From contig NIVC01000382.1 in assembly GCA_002269645.1 (NCBI GenBank), positions 248,001 through 312,000 on the forward strand: a DNA stretch of 64,000 bases, in the 5' to 3' direction. The notes beneath the pieces are model-generated. The model searched no databases. It saw nothing but the letters and a program-made list of their open reading frames with translations, and was not told the origin of the DNA. The position numbers and the translations under genes were made by a program. Shown here piece after piece: positions 1 to 13,039 of this stretch (positions are counted from its first letter, which is position 1; every line of letters starts with the position of its first letter). This DNA comes from Macrostomum lignano (lineage: Eukaryota).

Positions 1-32
1 AAGCAGATTTGGTGAAGTAGTTGACGATCGAA

Positions 33-605
33 ATGAGCCCACCAGCTACAGCCCTAAGAGTGACCAATCTGGTTGGCGGAGTAGATCTGAGACTGGATGG
101 TGGCAGGGGCGCTCAGCTGCCTCTACGGGAACTGGCTCTCAGCATGGCTCATGTGATCTACCGGCCCGTCTGGCCCCGGGTGCTCATCAAGCGGATGCGG
201 ATTCCCAGAGTGACTCTCCTACTCTACCCTACTGGGCAACTGAGCATCTGCGGTGCCAAGACCCACACAGACGCCAAAAGGGCTGCCCGTCGCTTCGTGG
301 CTATGCTGCATCGGAGAGTGCCGGCTCAACTGCTGCCTCATCAAACAATTTGTGTTCGAATTAAAACTATTACTGCTCATGGACAGCTCCCAGTTCATTC
401 CGCACTTTCCTTATTAATGTTAAAATCAATTATCCCAAACGCCGAATATGAACCAGAATCCTTTTCTGCTTTAATTTTCAATTTAAACTTTTGTAAATGT
501 CTGCTTTTTCACAGCGGCTCTTTTGTTCTCAGTGGAGCTCGGTCCTTGAATCAGTTGCATACCGATAGCATGCGTCTACTCAATGTAGTTCTTTCCATTG
601 AATAA
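33..605 (+). CDS. Divergent intronless TATA-binding-protein (TBP)-like protein, probably Maverick-borne
   Basis: Both TBP core repeats are visible. [12 protein letters not shown] resembles [31 protein letters not shown] resembles [34 protein letters not shown] resembles [26 protein letters not shown] resembles [14 protein letters not shown]. First ATG at 33, AATAAA overlaps the stop, and the gene converges on the pPolB 3' end. Confidence 0.85.
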   Translation: [190 protein letters not shown]

Positions 606-1187
606 AAATAAAAGTCAAGTCAAGCAATTTGCCGGAAATATTTCAATGATTAGTGAAAAGTGAATAAAAGGATAAACTTGATATTCTTTACATTCATTTT
701 CCCAGGCAGACAGCTATGGAACACTTCAAAAACGTATTTAGCCCATCACCAAAAGTATCGCAAAACGCATATCAAATCCGAAAGTAAACAATACTACCAT
801 CGTTATAACAAACGATGTGCACCGAGAGAAGAGAAATAGAAAAGTGATAGAGAAAATATGATTAAAACGCTGATTGAATTTACAGGAACAATTTATGTCA
901 GATAAAAACCAAAAACACATTTTAAACAAGTAGTACACAAAGCAAACAAAAATGAATTAATATTGTATGAGCGCACTTGCGACAGCTTTATAAAAAGTAA
1001 AACTTAAATTGATATCAATATTTCACGCCGCAAAAACAAATTGACAGCTAAATCTAGCGCAATTAGCCAAGCATACAAATTTGTAAAAGTTACTACATGC
1101 AAGTCACTACATTTTAAAACAGAATTTGGCAATTTAAACAACTCTAAAAGCAAGAAAAAGTACTAAACAGTCTGTTAAACACCCGCA

Positions 1188-4100
1188 CTAGACCAGTCGG
1201 ATGCGCTTCAGCTGATCGTGGGATGCGGGCGTCAGCGCATAGTGTCCGTAGGGCAGGCTTCGATTACTGCTAAGCCACACTCGCTTATCCTCCCACACCG
1301 ATAGGCTTCTTTTCTCCATTACCGACGTGAAGATTTCGTGTTTCTTGGAAACAATCGCTGTCATGGCAACCATCTGCTCTTGCTTGGACTCGAACGCGTC
1401 GACATAGTTCGCATGCGAAATTTGCTGTCTTACTACTGACTGCTTCACGCCTTTGGCAGTTTTCTTGATCTTTGCACTCGAATTCTCGGCAGGGAGAAAC
1501 GAATAAAGTTTTGGACGCAAAAGAATCCACTCCTGGTAAATTCCACCAGCAGATTCATCTTTAACGCAGCCCAGCTTTCCTTTTAACTCTTCAGAGAAAT
1601 GCGGATGGTCTCGAGAATAGTTGGATGTGTCAAGTATTTTTTCCTCTCTAAGCTTCGGGATTACCTCCGATGTTAAATCATGATTCTTGAAAGCTAGAAA
1701 AAATGAGTCAGTATCACCTCCGTAAAGCATCATGTCTCTGGAACCGTCTGAATGACAGAACAGCGGTCGGAGCCTGTCATACAGTAGGCTGTACATGGCC
1801 ATCTTAGAGAGATCGAGAACTGCCTGGCCAACGAAAATGGCCTTGTCAAGCGTGAATTTATCTTTTTGAGCTGAAAAATGCTCAACGACTCATTGATAAT
1901 CGAGAATGCGGCACAGTTTGGTCGAGAGGCGCAAGTTTCTGCTTGAGTCTGGTTAGTGCAAATTCGAACATCGCATCTTTTTCGAACGTTCTCCATAGTT
2001 TTTCAAAAGAGAGAATTGTTTTTCAATTTGTAAAAATCCTTAGCAAACTCGGAAGTTGCCAAAGCTCTTTTTTCATTGTTGCTGGCAATGTACGGCGCGA
2101 AACTATTTTCCTGCTTGAACGAAATCATTTTTTGACGCACTTGATCCGCATTCCGTGTTGCAGGTAAAATCTTAAAACTGTGCTGTGAACTACGTAAGAA
2201 TCCTTGTCGGTACAGGTGAGTAGAAGCTTCTCCGTTGCTTGAAACTTAGCTTCAGCATTGCCAGTTCGCTGTTCAGCAATCACTTTCCATAGTTCGGCCA
2301 TGCACGGCGAGAATTGATCTGGCTGTGGTTTTGATTTTTCAGGTGCAAACGGTAACCCTGAGTCGAATCGTGAATCTCAGCTGGGTATTCTAGATCGAGT
2401 TGAACAAGGTAGGCGATCTCGGCTTCTGGATGAGTGACAGAAACCGATTGGCGTCCCAGAACTGGATTTCCTGTTCCGGTACCCACCTGAATTCCCTGCA
2501 TGGAAGCGGAAGCGACAGGGCAAAGCCATACAAGTTGTTCATATCGATCGGCATGAGACTTACACTCTCTTGCTGATCATCATAACCTGGCAAGCTAGGA
2601 TTATTACCTTTGACGCAATGCACATTAATGAAGGACATGCCTCCTCGTATTCCCTTCTCAAACAGATGATACATGTCAGCATCAGTCAGCTGCTCTAAAA
2701 CCACTCCAGTCGACTTTAGAGCTGAGTAGTAACCAGGAGTAGTAAAGTAGTGTACTGGATCCAATCCATCCTCTTTCAGACTGGCCTGTCGGAATGTCTC
2801 GAAAATGTCAGCCAGCTGCCTTACATCCATTTCAAGATAGGCGAGCATATAATCCTTCAAACTTTTGCATTGAAATGCCGCCCATGCCGCTCTTGCTCTA
2901 TTGTAGTCGTCGTCGGAAATTCCCATATCGGAAAGTCGATTAAAAAAAGCATCTTTAGGCGGCAAAACCGACTGCTCGAGAATCTCAAATCCTGTGAGGT
3001 AATCATATGGGAAAATCCCTTTTTTCGAAGTAGCTCTCTTGAAAGATGTGGTCTTGACTCAAGCATTTGCATTGTCAGCTTGCATTCAGCTTCGGGAAGA
3101 TTAGCAAACAAATTGGACAAACTTCCCTTCAAAAAGCAGAGCGAGTCGATGAACTGAATTGTAAACATGATTGGCACAACTTTTCCGTTCTTTACGTAAC
3201 TTGCAACAGGGAATTCCGCCCTTAGTGACAAGTATCGCTCGGATGATTGCGGAACAACACTAAGTTTCCAATTTTTCATGCTCCCAAGCGCAGTGGAAAG
3301 TAGAAGATGAAGGTCGTAGCCGCCTAAGTTGTGAAAAACCAGGGGCAGAAACCGGCGTCGGAGCTGTGCTCGCAGGTTGCATTCTTGACATGCTGCACCT
3401 TTGTACTGTCCATTTAAATGATCGTGGTCAAAATGTTTATCTGTAGAACTTTTAAAGCTGTTCTTGCAGTAGTGACATACCTCAGCAGAATTGAAATCAT
3501 CCATGACGGTCGCGGATGATCGGTCAGCCGGCTGGTGGCTATGCTTCTGGTTCCAGTGAAATATATCCTGAGCCAGGCTTTCAAGAGATTTGAGAAAACC
3601 AAGGATACACTCATCAGGGTCCGCATTGCAAAAGACCTTGTACATGTCTCCTTCTGGCCTAAGCGGAGGTCCTGTCATGCCTTCACGAGGCACTGCAAGA
3701 AAAGCTGCTGCACATGGTTCATGCTTCGAGATCAGGTTAGCAGGGTCTGTGTTCGCTCGCAAAATGGCTTCCAGGTCGGCATAGGCAACGAATGGTGGAC
3801 TGACAGTGTTTTGACAGTTTCGGAACTTTATTTCATTCTTTCCTGGAACTGGAAGCGTTTCTTTGACAGGATTTTCTGCAGTAATGCTGCATTCGTTCCT
3901 GTGCTCTTGAAGCCTCTCGTTGCTATAAAATGATGTTAAACATTTCGTGCACCACTTCCTCATGGCGGGACCATTACGACTGTTCATTAACCTGTCAAAA
4001 TTAGTAATTGCACACCAGTGCTCCGATCCGTAGCTGTCTTTAACTAGCAAAAGCATGAGGTGTCTTCGGTCATCTGACTCATGCTTGCGGCGACGGAGAA

Positions 4101-4848
4101 GAGTCACACTGCCCTGCTGCCAAGAGAACGCAGAAATGCAAATTCCTGGATTGTTAGACTCGACGCGATCGATATCAGCGACACTCACTGGCATGGAGAT
4201 TTCTGCAAAGTCCAGCTCACGCAACCATTCATCGTAAGAGGATATTCTGTTGGGCGATTTCTGAACTTTCGGATCGGCGCTGTGCAGTGCAGCGAGACAG
4301 GCGTACAGGAAACAGTCTTTGCCTGTGCTCGGTGGATTGATAACAGCCTTTTTGTTCTTCAAACTGGCAGGAAGATTGAATCTAACGGCTCTGCCCTGGC
4401 GAAATCGAATTGGATTGTACCTGGCAAGGTTGATGTCTAGAAAATTAATTTGTTTAATTGTCCAGCCACTGCCGTTCGTATTAATTATACTACAGATCCT
4501 CTCCAACTCCTGCTCCTGCTCAATCAACCAGTTGTTTAAACGGCCTGCTTCACCACCTAGGTCAAGGGCCTGCATTTTCTGCATTTTACAGCTTATCCAT
4601 CTGTCCTCTTCGGCAAGCATCTCCCCATCTCTTATTCGGACCATTCGAATATTCGCCTTTAGCTGAACTTTGTAATGATGTCTTGAAATTCTTTGCTGAA
4701 CTGTCTCAATAATTTTGTCTCCAGCTTGGACAAAAAATTCTGACGGAAGCGTGTCTGGGTGACTCGATCTGAGCCTCAGTATTTCCAGTGATTGATCATA
4801 GGCTTGGGCAACTCTGCTGAAGCTGACTGTTGAACCTGGTTTGTGGTT
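1188..4848 (-). pseudogene. Maverick/Polinton protein-primed DNA polymerase B (pPolB), split by frameshifts and a stop as assembled
   Basis: Pieces 2857-4644 (frame open from 4848), 2390-2965, ~1800-2390 and 1188-1802. Motifs: YADLE, endonuclease-VII-like CHYC..DHDHLNG..ACQEC, FHNLGGYD, FIDSLCF, KG(I)FPYDY, YLEMDV, IRGG, DMNNLYG, KNNSLF*KTMENVRKR, GDTDS, LRPKLYS, KGV, WEDKR..SLPYGHY. Confidence 0.93.
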
Positions 4849-5408
4849 TTAGGATAATATTTTTGTTTTTTGCTGCCTATAGTTTCAAATATCAAAGATA
4901 CTAAACTAAACTAAATGAATTACAAATACAGACGAGGGAGAGTTTAGAAGCAGAAATATAGCTGAAAAGTTCAATAATTAAAGAATGAGGAAACACCGCG
5001 TCAAAGCAGTAGAAAGAAAATTATACCTAATCAATCGCACCAAGCATACGAAACCATCACCAATTTATTGAAAGTATGTTATGTTGATTTTAATTTGTTA
5101 AATTCAACTGTATAATGTTTCACCTACTTTTCAAATAATTTTTTTACCTCGGATACCAAAAAATATTGGTTGCCACTACGAGCTATATAGAGAAATGTTT
5201 TTTAAAATTAATTTGGAAATGGAAACTGAAAACTTACAAGCAAGATTCCTAGAAGCGAATACAGAGTTATGAGATGATCAAATCATTAATTAATGCACCT
5301 ACTTTCAACTTTAAAAAGCTAGTTGAAATAAAGTTTTAGCAATAATTGCAATAAATGGGTAGATTTCTCACTCCACACAGAAAGCAAAAAAGTACAAAAA
5401 TTGCTTAG

Positions 5409-6212
5409 TCACAGCGGCACAATTCTAATACGATTTTCGAAAATCGTTACCTCGTACCCAGCCCCGCCGACAGGAGGCAGAAAGAAGGCAACTCCAGCTG
5501 GCACAAGTGGAGTTTCGGATTGAGAAACTGGAATTGTAGAGGCTGCAGCTGGGGCGGCTGGAGCAGCTGGGGCAGCCAGAGCAGCTGGGGCGGCTGGAGC
5601 AGCTGGGGCAGCCAGAGCAGCTGGGGCGGCTGGAGCAGCTGGGGCGGCCAGAGCAGCTGGGGCGGCCAGAGCAGCTGGGGTGGCCAGAGCAGCTGGGGCG
5701 GCTGGAGCAGCTGGGGCGGCCAGAGCATCTGGGGCGGCCAGAGCAGCTGGGGCGGCCAGAGCAGCTGGGGCGGCCAGAGCAGCTGGGGCGGCCAGAGCAG
5801 CTGGGGCGGCTGGAGCTGCAGGTGGCACAATTGCATTATGCGACTCATTGTCGCTGCCCTCCTCTTCTAGGATTTCCATTTCGTGGTCGTCTTCAATTAG
5901 ATGAAGTTGTTTTCCAGCAATCACCGGAACCGAAGAGACAGGTTGCTGCTGCTGCTGACCAGCGTTGAATTCCCTGAGGAACTGATCCAGGACATCTTCC
6001 TCTATGAAGTTTATGACAGCAGCAGCCTCGACTCCAGCAGCCTCGACTCCAGCAGCCTCGACTCCAGCAGCCTCGACTCCAGCAGCCTCGACTCCAGCAG
6101 CCTCAACTCCAGCAGCCTCGACTCCAGCAGACAGCTCAACTTCAAATTCTGCAGCTGCTGAAGACCCGCTTGGCCTCATCCTCTTCAATGTAGAGTCAAT
6201 TACTTGACTCAA
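5409..6212 (-). CDS. Possible low-complexity ORF (VEAAG and APAA(L/P)A repeats, acidic middle), unknown function
   Basis: ORF of 267 aa built largely from 15-bp (~6022-6130) and 18-bp (~5545-5815) tandem repeats. No recognisable domain. Confidence 0.3.
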   Translation of the reverse strand: MSQVIDSTLKRMRPSGSSAAAEFEVELSAGVEAAGVEAAGVEAAGVEAAGVEAAGVEAAGVEAAAVINFIEEDVLDQFLREFNAGQQQQQPVSSVPVIAGKQLHLIEDDHEMEILEEEGSDNESHNAIVPPAAPAAPAALAAPAALAAPAALAAPAALAAPDALAAPAAPAAPAALATPAALAAPAALAAPAAPAAPAALAAPAAPAAPAALAAPAAPAAPAAASTIPVSQSETPLVPAGVAFFLPPVGGAGYEVTIFENRIRIVPL

Positions 6213-6829
6213 GTGAGCTGATAGCAGACTCCTGCTGGCTCCCTTTTTCTGCTGGCTCTTCTTTTCTCTCTCTGCTCTTCTTGATGGCGCGGATTACTTT
6301 CCAGCGGTTACTTTCTTGCTTTTTCTTGTCATCGCTGACGATCCTGTGTCCTCGATGATATGCTGGAATTTTTTCCTCCTGCAGAGCTTCGACGGTGCCG
6401 CACTGGTCGCATGCCAACCAGCATGAGACCAGACAGTTCTCATTCTCGTGGTGTCTTGGGGACACGCCTCCAAGCAGGCACACTTCGCAGCTTATACAGA
6501 CCTCATTTCATTTTGAAAGAGAAAGAGTTGTTTTTTAGAAGTAGTAAGGTTTTTAAAAATCCTTTTATACAATTTGTTTTTGTCTATTTGTTTATTTGTA
6601 CTTGCGTGGCTGCTTATATAGTAATTTGTACATGCATGCCCTCTCCTTATCATATCGTATATGAACATCCAGCCATGCTCAGGTAATAATTACTGTACCG
6701 TTATAGAGGCCACCGGCTGTAATTAGTGTATTCCCCCCGTCCCTTATCCAGGTAAGCAACACCAGCCGTCCTCTGTGCAGTTGTAAAACTTTATAACCTT
6801 ACCCTAACACAGAGCACAGAGATTGGCCA

Positions 6830-7166
6830 CCCCTCTTATCTCTGCAATGTTTAGCCGTTCCCAATGCACAGAGATAGGATCCTCTCCGCAGTGTATTTTT
6901 CCTATATCCTTTTTGCCGCCTATCTCGCCAGTGCAAATGCGGCAGTATCATGAATCGCCTCTATCTCCGCAGTGCTTAGCCGTCCCCAATGCACAGAGAT
7001 AGAGCTCATATCTCTGCAGTGCTTAGCCGTCCCCAATGCACAGAGATAGGGCTCATATCTCCGCAGTGTATTTTTCCCTATACATTTGCATTGCCGCCTA
7101 TCTCGCCAGTGCTAGTGCGGCAGTATCATAATTCGCCCTACTACAAAAAATAATTTGTAGTAGGGC
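6830..7166. repeat. Local duplications (gcagtgcttagccgtccccaatgcacagagatag units) ending in a perfect 13-bp hairpin
   Basis: Repeated 40-45 bp units and a ~120-bp duplicated block. GCCCTACTACAAA(7135-7147)/TTTGTAGTAGGGC(7154-7166) form a stem with a 6-nt loop. Confidence 0.8.
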
Positions 7167-8021
7167 TGCGCACAGTCACGGTCCGGCCACCCTCCACCCG
7201 CTGCCGCCGCCTCTCAATGAATGTAAAATAGGAGTGTTAGTTCATGTATTAATGCTCCTTGACCTGCAAAAATTATACGGTTGCTAGGCAGTGTCGTAAC
7301 ACAGGACATGCGTTTTTCTGTAAAGTAATAATAACCCCACCATTAATATACACAGTTGGTCGTGTAAACGAATGATTTGAAAGTTTAGTCTATGTTTTAC
7401 AAAATGTCTCTATGAAAACTCATCTTCCTACTGACAGTAGAGTTTGCAAAAATCAGTTCTTTGAATAATGCGACATTTTCGTGAAAATATTTAAACTGCT
7501 ATATTGGGCCTATGGCAGATTTTTATTGAGTAACTATCGTCATTTCCACAGAGAAAGATAAACATGTGAAGCTTTCGTGAAGATTTCATCTTCATCCTAA
7601 GGGTGTCAAATTTTCCTGTATTTGACTGAACGTACGTGCATTTAAGTCATAGTCGGGGGAGTGCTTCAACCATTTCTCAGGTTTAAATCGGCTGCCGCTT
7701 GCATATGTACATCACATGTAAATGAACATGTGGTAAATCTGATGAGGAACTATGCACACATGCGCGAGTTGCCCCGGAAAGAGCTGAGATTGATAGATAA
7801 TGAAAAATCAGTAGGAAAGAGAGAATGAGGCTGCGTGACCACGCACCCCATTATCCTGTCTTTCCGTTGCATGGCAGCACGAAATTAAATGTGTCAAGTG
7901 TACAATTGATTCAATCGATTACTCGTTTATTCGCAAAGCATCGAGAGAGTTTTTAATTGCATCCAAACTTTCTGACTAATGCCTTCGTGTGTTCCAAAGA
8001 AGGAGACACTGATTCATAGGG

Positions 8022-11000
8022 TGTGTACATTGACAAATGCAATTACAGCACGCAGGGTAGGGTTGGCTTTGGTAGACGCGCGGATTTGCTTGGTTCGCAT
8101 TGTTCATATATGTGCATCGAAATTTTTTTCTTGCTAACTGCTTCTATGGGGATGTATAGATGACGTAATCAGAGATAGGGCTTTGGTTGGGGGAGGCTGG
8201 GTCCGTGCTGTGAAAAGATCTACTTGCTTCGTCAAAATGTACATTGGGATTGAGAGAGAGGCCGGTCAAATTTCGTTGACAACTAGAAATGGAAAGGTTT
8301 GGTCAGAGAATAGGGGTGTATGTGTGTTTTGGCTTTATTCAAAATGGTCTGTGCTGCGAAGACGAGTCCATTGACCATTGGGTGTTTGCTGTTTTGCCAA
8401 TTCAGTATACTGAACCTGTTAAACTGATTGCCTCATTAGTCACTTTTCTGGGGTATGTGTAGGAGAGAGAGGCCTGAGAGAGACAAGGGCTCGATTTGGG
8501 TGGGTCCTCTGGCCCCATTCGTATTGGCTAATTTGGCGAATTGGAAAATCTACTTGCATGGGTTAAATTATTGAATATGGTCAGAGTTGAAGAATTTAGA
8601 GGATGAATCAAGATGTAAAGTTGGCAAAAACAACACTGATTCACCACATCTAAAAGATGACTGCTAGGAGCTTCGGAAATAAGACTACTGTACACAGCAG
8701 CATCGACAAAAGGTATTAAATTGTCAATCAAAATCGACCCGTAGATGTGCGATTTTGCATGGTTCACAGTGTTCGAAATTTAATACCTTTTAAATCGAAT
8801 CGAAAAATCGAAAAAAAAATCGTGCATCGAAAAATTTTGTTTCTTGCTAACTGCTCCTATGGGGAGGTGGATGACGTAATCAAGATAGGGTTTTGGTTGG
8901 AGGAGGCTCAATATATGAGTCTGTGCTGTGAAAATATCTGTTTGTACACTGAAATTGGAGAGGGAGGGTCGGAATTCCTTGACAGTTAGAAATGGTAAGG
9001 TCAGAGAGACAGGGACGAGTGGTTCTGTTCTACATGGGTCTGTGCTGTGAAGACGAGTCTAATATGACCATTGGGTGTTGGCTGTTTTGCCAATTCAGTA
9101 ATACACTAAACCTGTCCAGCTGATTGCCGCGTGAGTCACTTTTCTCGGTGGGTGCAGAAGGAGAGAGAGAGAGGTCTGGGAGGGACAGTTTAAATGTCAA
9201 TCGAAATCAATGGGCCGCTTCGCCGACTGTATATGTTAAAATTATTATACCTAGGTTTATAGCAAACTGTACGTTTTAACCCAATATTCAAGAATAATCC
9301 CTTCCCTGACTTCTTGAGGGGTATTACACGTACCAAATACATACATTTGAATGATGAAACAGCATTTTTGACGATTAAGTTGTAAAAATTATGGTTTCTG
9401 CTGATGAAGTGATTAATTTTGTTCAATAAAGTCAGCATTTTAACGTTAAAAAGAGTAAAAACTGTGAAAATTGACCTTTTTAAAACGAAAATGTGCAATT
9501 TCTAGTAATTTAGCTTTCAATGAAAATGTCTTGGGTGGAATTCCAACTTGGGCCCGGGGTGTGCATATGGAGATCAGTGTGTGACTCATTCCTGCTCGAA
9601 AGCTGTCTCTTGCCAACTTTGAAATCAGCATTTGGACAAATTAGCGGTTGAAATTATGGCTTTTGGGATGAAACTACTAAGTTTGATCAATTCGCATTTC
9701 GCATTTTAACGTTAGAAAATAATAAAACTGTGAAAATTGGCCTTTATTAAACGAAAGAATGAGAAATTCTAAGAATTAGCTTTAAAAAAACCATGGCTTT
9801 AGTGGAAATTGGACTGGCTCGGGTAATCCGTGTGCGATTATAATTCCTGCTCAAAGCTGTCTCAGAGTTCCAGAAGTAGCATTTGTGATAATTTTGTGTT
9901 AAAATTGCGGTTTTTAGTGATGAATTACTGATTTTGATCAATAAAGTCTGCATTTTAACGTAAAAAATGCGTAAAGACTGTGAAAATTTGTCACAGTTTT
10001 GTGAAAAAATGCTCATTTCTAGCAATTTAGGCTTCAATAGCCATGTCTTTGGCTGATTTTGGGCTAGCTTGTGTATGTTCGTGGGGGGTTCATTCCTGCT
10101 TAAACGCTGTCTAAGGTCAAGTTGAAAGCGATATTTGGACAAATTAGTTGTTGAAAGTATGGTTTCTAGTGATGAAACTACTGATTTTGATCAATAAAGT
10201 CTGCATTTTAACGTAAAAGATGCATAAAAACTGTGAAAAATTTTATTTTCTTATGAAAAAACTGCGCATTTCTAGCAATTTAGGCTTCAATAGCCATGTC
10301 TTTGGCTGATTTTGGGCTGGCTTGTGGATGTTTGTGTGGGGTTCATTCCTGCTTAAAAGCTGTCTAAGGTCAAGTTGAAAGCGACATTTGGACAAATTAG
10401 CTGTTGAAAGTATGGTTTCTAGTGATGAAACCACTGATTTTGATCAACAAAGTCTGCATTTTAAGGTTAAAATCGTAAAAAAAACTGTGAAAAGCTGCAT
10501 TTTAATGAAAAAAATGTGCATTTCTAGTCATTTAGCTTTCAAAATAACCAAATTTCTTGTTTGAAATTTCAACTTTACTTTATATGGAGAGGTCAGTGCA
10601 TGATTCATTCCTGCTTCTAACAGATTAAACCGTCTCAAAGACCAAGTCTGAAAGCTTGAAGTGAGAAGGCTGGGGAGGTGGAGAGGCAGAATTGAATAGC
10701 CTCACGTATTTAAATTTGTGGACTTCACTACTTCTAGTAAACGCAAGGGTGACTTATACTATTTACAAAGTTTAGAATCAAGTAAATCAGAATTGCATGC
10801 GGTGGAGACACTGATTCATAGGCTGTGTACATTTACAAATGCAGCTGGGGTTTGTCAATGCAGGTAGAGGTTGGCGGACTCGGATTTGTTCGCGGGGGTT
10901 GATGTGTGCATTAAAAGTTGGTTTCTTGCTATCTGGGGCGGCATGGATGACGTAATCGGAGAAGAGAGGGGTTTTGAAGTTTAATATAGGGTCTGTGCTG

Positions 11001-11170
11001 TGGAAAGATCTGTCTGTACACTGAAAATGGAGAGAGGGTCGAAATTCCTTGGCATTTAGAAGGGGAGAGAGAGAACAGGGGCGAGTGTTAAAATTTAGCT
11101 CGATTTTGCTATGGGGTCTGTGCTGTGTCTGGTGAACATCGGAGGGGTGGCTGTTTTCGAACAGGGTTGA
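8022..11170. repeat. Three diverged copies of a ~400-500 bp module (~8022-8520, ~8745-9185, ~10800-11170)
   Basis: Shared blocks gatgacgtaatc (TGACGTAA at 8161, 8872, 10948), ctgtgctgtg(g)aaa, ttcttgcta and gaaatgg/tagaa. ggagacactgattcatagg is shared by copies 1 and 3. Confidence 0.75.
9390..10620. repeat. AT-rich ~250-bp tandem repeat, about 5 diverged units
   Basis: Anchor cattttaa(c/g)g..aaactgtgaaaa at 9436, 9702, 9951, 10204 and 10457 (spacing 249-266). Confidence 0.85.
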
Positions 11171-11939
11171 ATTTGACTATGGCCCGAGTTAAAGGGTGAT
11201 TCAGCATTCAGTATAGGAGCTTCGAGGGAATGGTTTACTGTAATTAAAGCGCAACGAAGCTTCTTGTATCATACCCACTGTCAATAGAAATATAAAGCAC
11301 TGCTTCAACACAGTCCTGCATTTGGGGTCTGACTTGGGGAGAGGCTTGGATGACGCAACCTCCGCCCCATCGCTTGGTGAGAATTTGTACAGACCCGCCT
11401 CTATATGAAAGTATGTGTATTTTATAAGTAAATTATCAGTATATTCATTCAAACCTACATTCTCCGAGGGTGAAAATGTACATTATACCTAATTTTTTGG
11501 GTATGTAGCAGATATGAGTATAGGCTATCGATGTACATATAGACTCCGACCAGTATTATTCAAATCTGTCTCTGAGAATGTACATTGGAAATATACATTA
11601 CGATGCGAGCTATACAATTAGTTGACTCATTTGGATGAGATTGTACATGTAGTAGGGTTTCGAGTTGTAATTTTGGTGCGCGCGGGCCGTCTGGGGAAGA
11701 CACTGTAGATTAATGCAAGTGTACATATAGAACTGGGGATAGACATGGACAATTTGGGATAGGGATTAATGTACATGGGATTAATGTACATATCCATTTT
11801 GAGATAGATAGGGATTATTGAACATGGAATTAATGTACATATATGAGCACATGGATTATTACGACTACATATTTCCATATGACGCTTAGAATAGCGTTTT
11901 TGTATACTACTTACTTCATTTTCAGATAGTAGTATAATT

Positions 11940-12230
11940 TGCGTTTTTTGCGTCAAAACATCTGAAAACCCTGCTCTATCTGCACGATACGTAGTTTCGT
12001 GAATAAGTTGAAAAAGAGTAACGGCTCATTTGCTGGTGCTTGAACACCAGGATTCATACCTTGGACTCCGAGAAACTCGGGAAGCTGCCCAGCTCTGTCA
12101 TCTTCTCCGTCGTTGACAATTGTCCATTCGTTTTCCTCATCCTCCATCTCCAAGGTTGGCTCCTCAATTACTTCAATAACTAAGTCCTGATCTGACTCAG
12201 TCGATGAGCTGTTGGACTCGTCGCTTGTAA
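11940..12230 (-). pseudogene. piggyBac-like transposase N-terminal relic
   Basis: Acidic tract followed by W..V.DGEDD..GQLPEFLGVQGMNPG....EPLLFFNLFT, then a shifted ETTY. This resembles the FxGxxG...PLxFFxLF...ETNRY start of piggyBac DDE transposases. No catalytic region or TTAA-CCC end found. Confidence 0.5.
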
Positions 12231-12880
12231 GAAGTTAATGAAGACTCATTATTACTTATCCGTCGAAATAGCAAATTATATGACAATCCTTAAAATGAAG
12301 AGGTAAACAATCTAGATTGAATGCAAAGGAGAAAAATATTACTAGGGATAGTGATACAGTACGAGGAAGGAAGGGCAGAAGCAGTTCACAGTGATAGGTT
12401 CTATGGCTAAAACCCCAAAGCAGGTGACAGAGTGTTCCAAACACCTCTCTCAAGTAACGGGTTTTGGCGATGTCAAAGCAGCACTATAATTTTACATAGC
12501 AGTAGTCTATGGTCAGCCCTGCTGACCATACGGGTTTTCGCTTAATGTAAAGAAAATGCGCGGCATGGAACTGGTTAAGGGTGGTAGAATATGCATACAT
12601 AAAAAATTGTGCAGTTGTGACCTTTGAGTCAGCCGTATCTCAAAACTTTCAGTATCGCATTTCATTTGTACTTAGCAGTCAGTACAACCATATGTGCGCT
12701 TGATGAGATTTTAAACAGAAGAACTGCGTGGAGACCAGGGCATCCCACTATCCCACTGTTCCATTATCAATCGGGGGGAAGGAAAACTGAGGGTGCCATT
12801 TCCTCTATGACAAACAAGACACGCACCCCTTAGTGTGGGGAACACCCGCATGCGCCGTCTAGTTATAGTACTTGATCTGT

Positions 12881-13039
12881 GGCATCGCCAGTGAGCGGGA
12901 TGAGCTGTACACAGTCGCCACTCTCAAGCGCGCTCTCTCATTCTGGGAGGACAAACGCGCCTGGATCTCCGCCAACGAGAGTCTACCCTACGGCCACTAC
13001 CGTCTGCAGTCCCGAAAGCGCCCCTGCCCGTCTGATTGA
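12881..13039 (+). pseudogene. C-terminal fragment of a second Maverick pPolB (not in the ORF track)
   Basis: Reads GIASERDELYTVATLKRALSFWEDKRAWISANESLPYGHYRLQSRKRPCPSD*. Aligns with the 1188-1802 end AIVSKKHEIFTSVMEKRSLSVWEDKRVWLSSNRSLPYGHY. Confidence 0.85.

Noticed and set aside
7135-7166. 13-bp hairpin as a Maverick end or minimal transposon
   Set aside because: No TSD, no ACTACT/AGTAGT at a junction and no Helitron CTRR end; kept only as a repeat feature.
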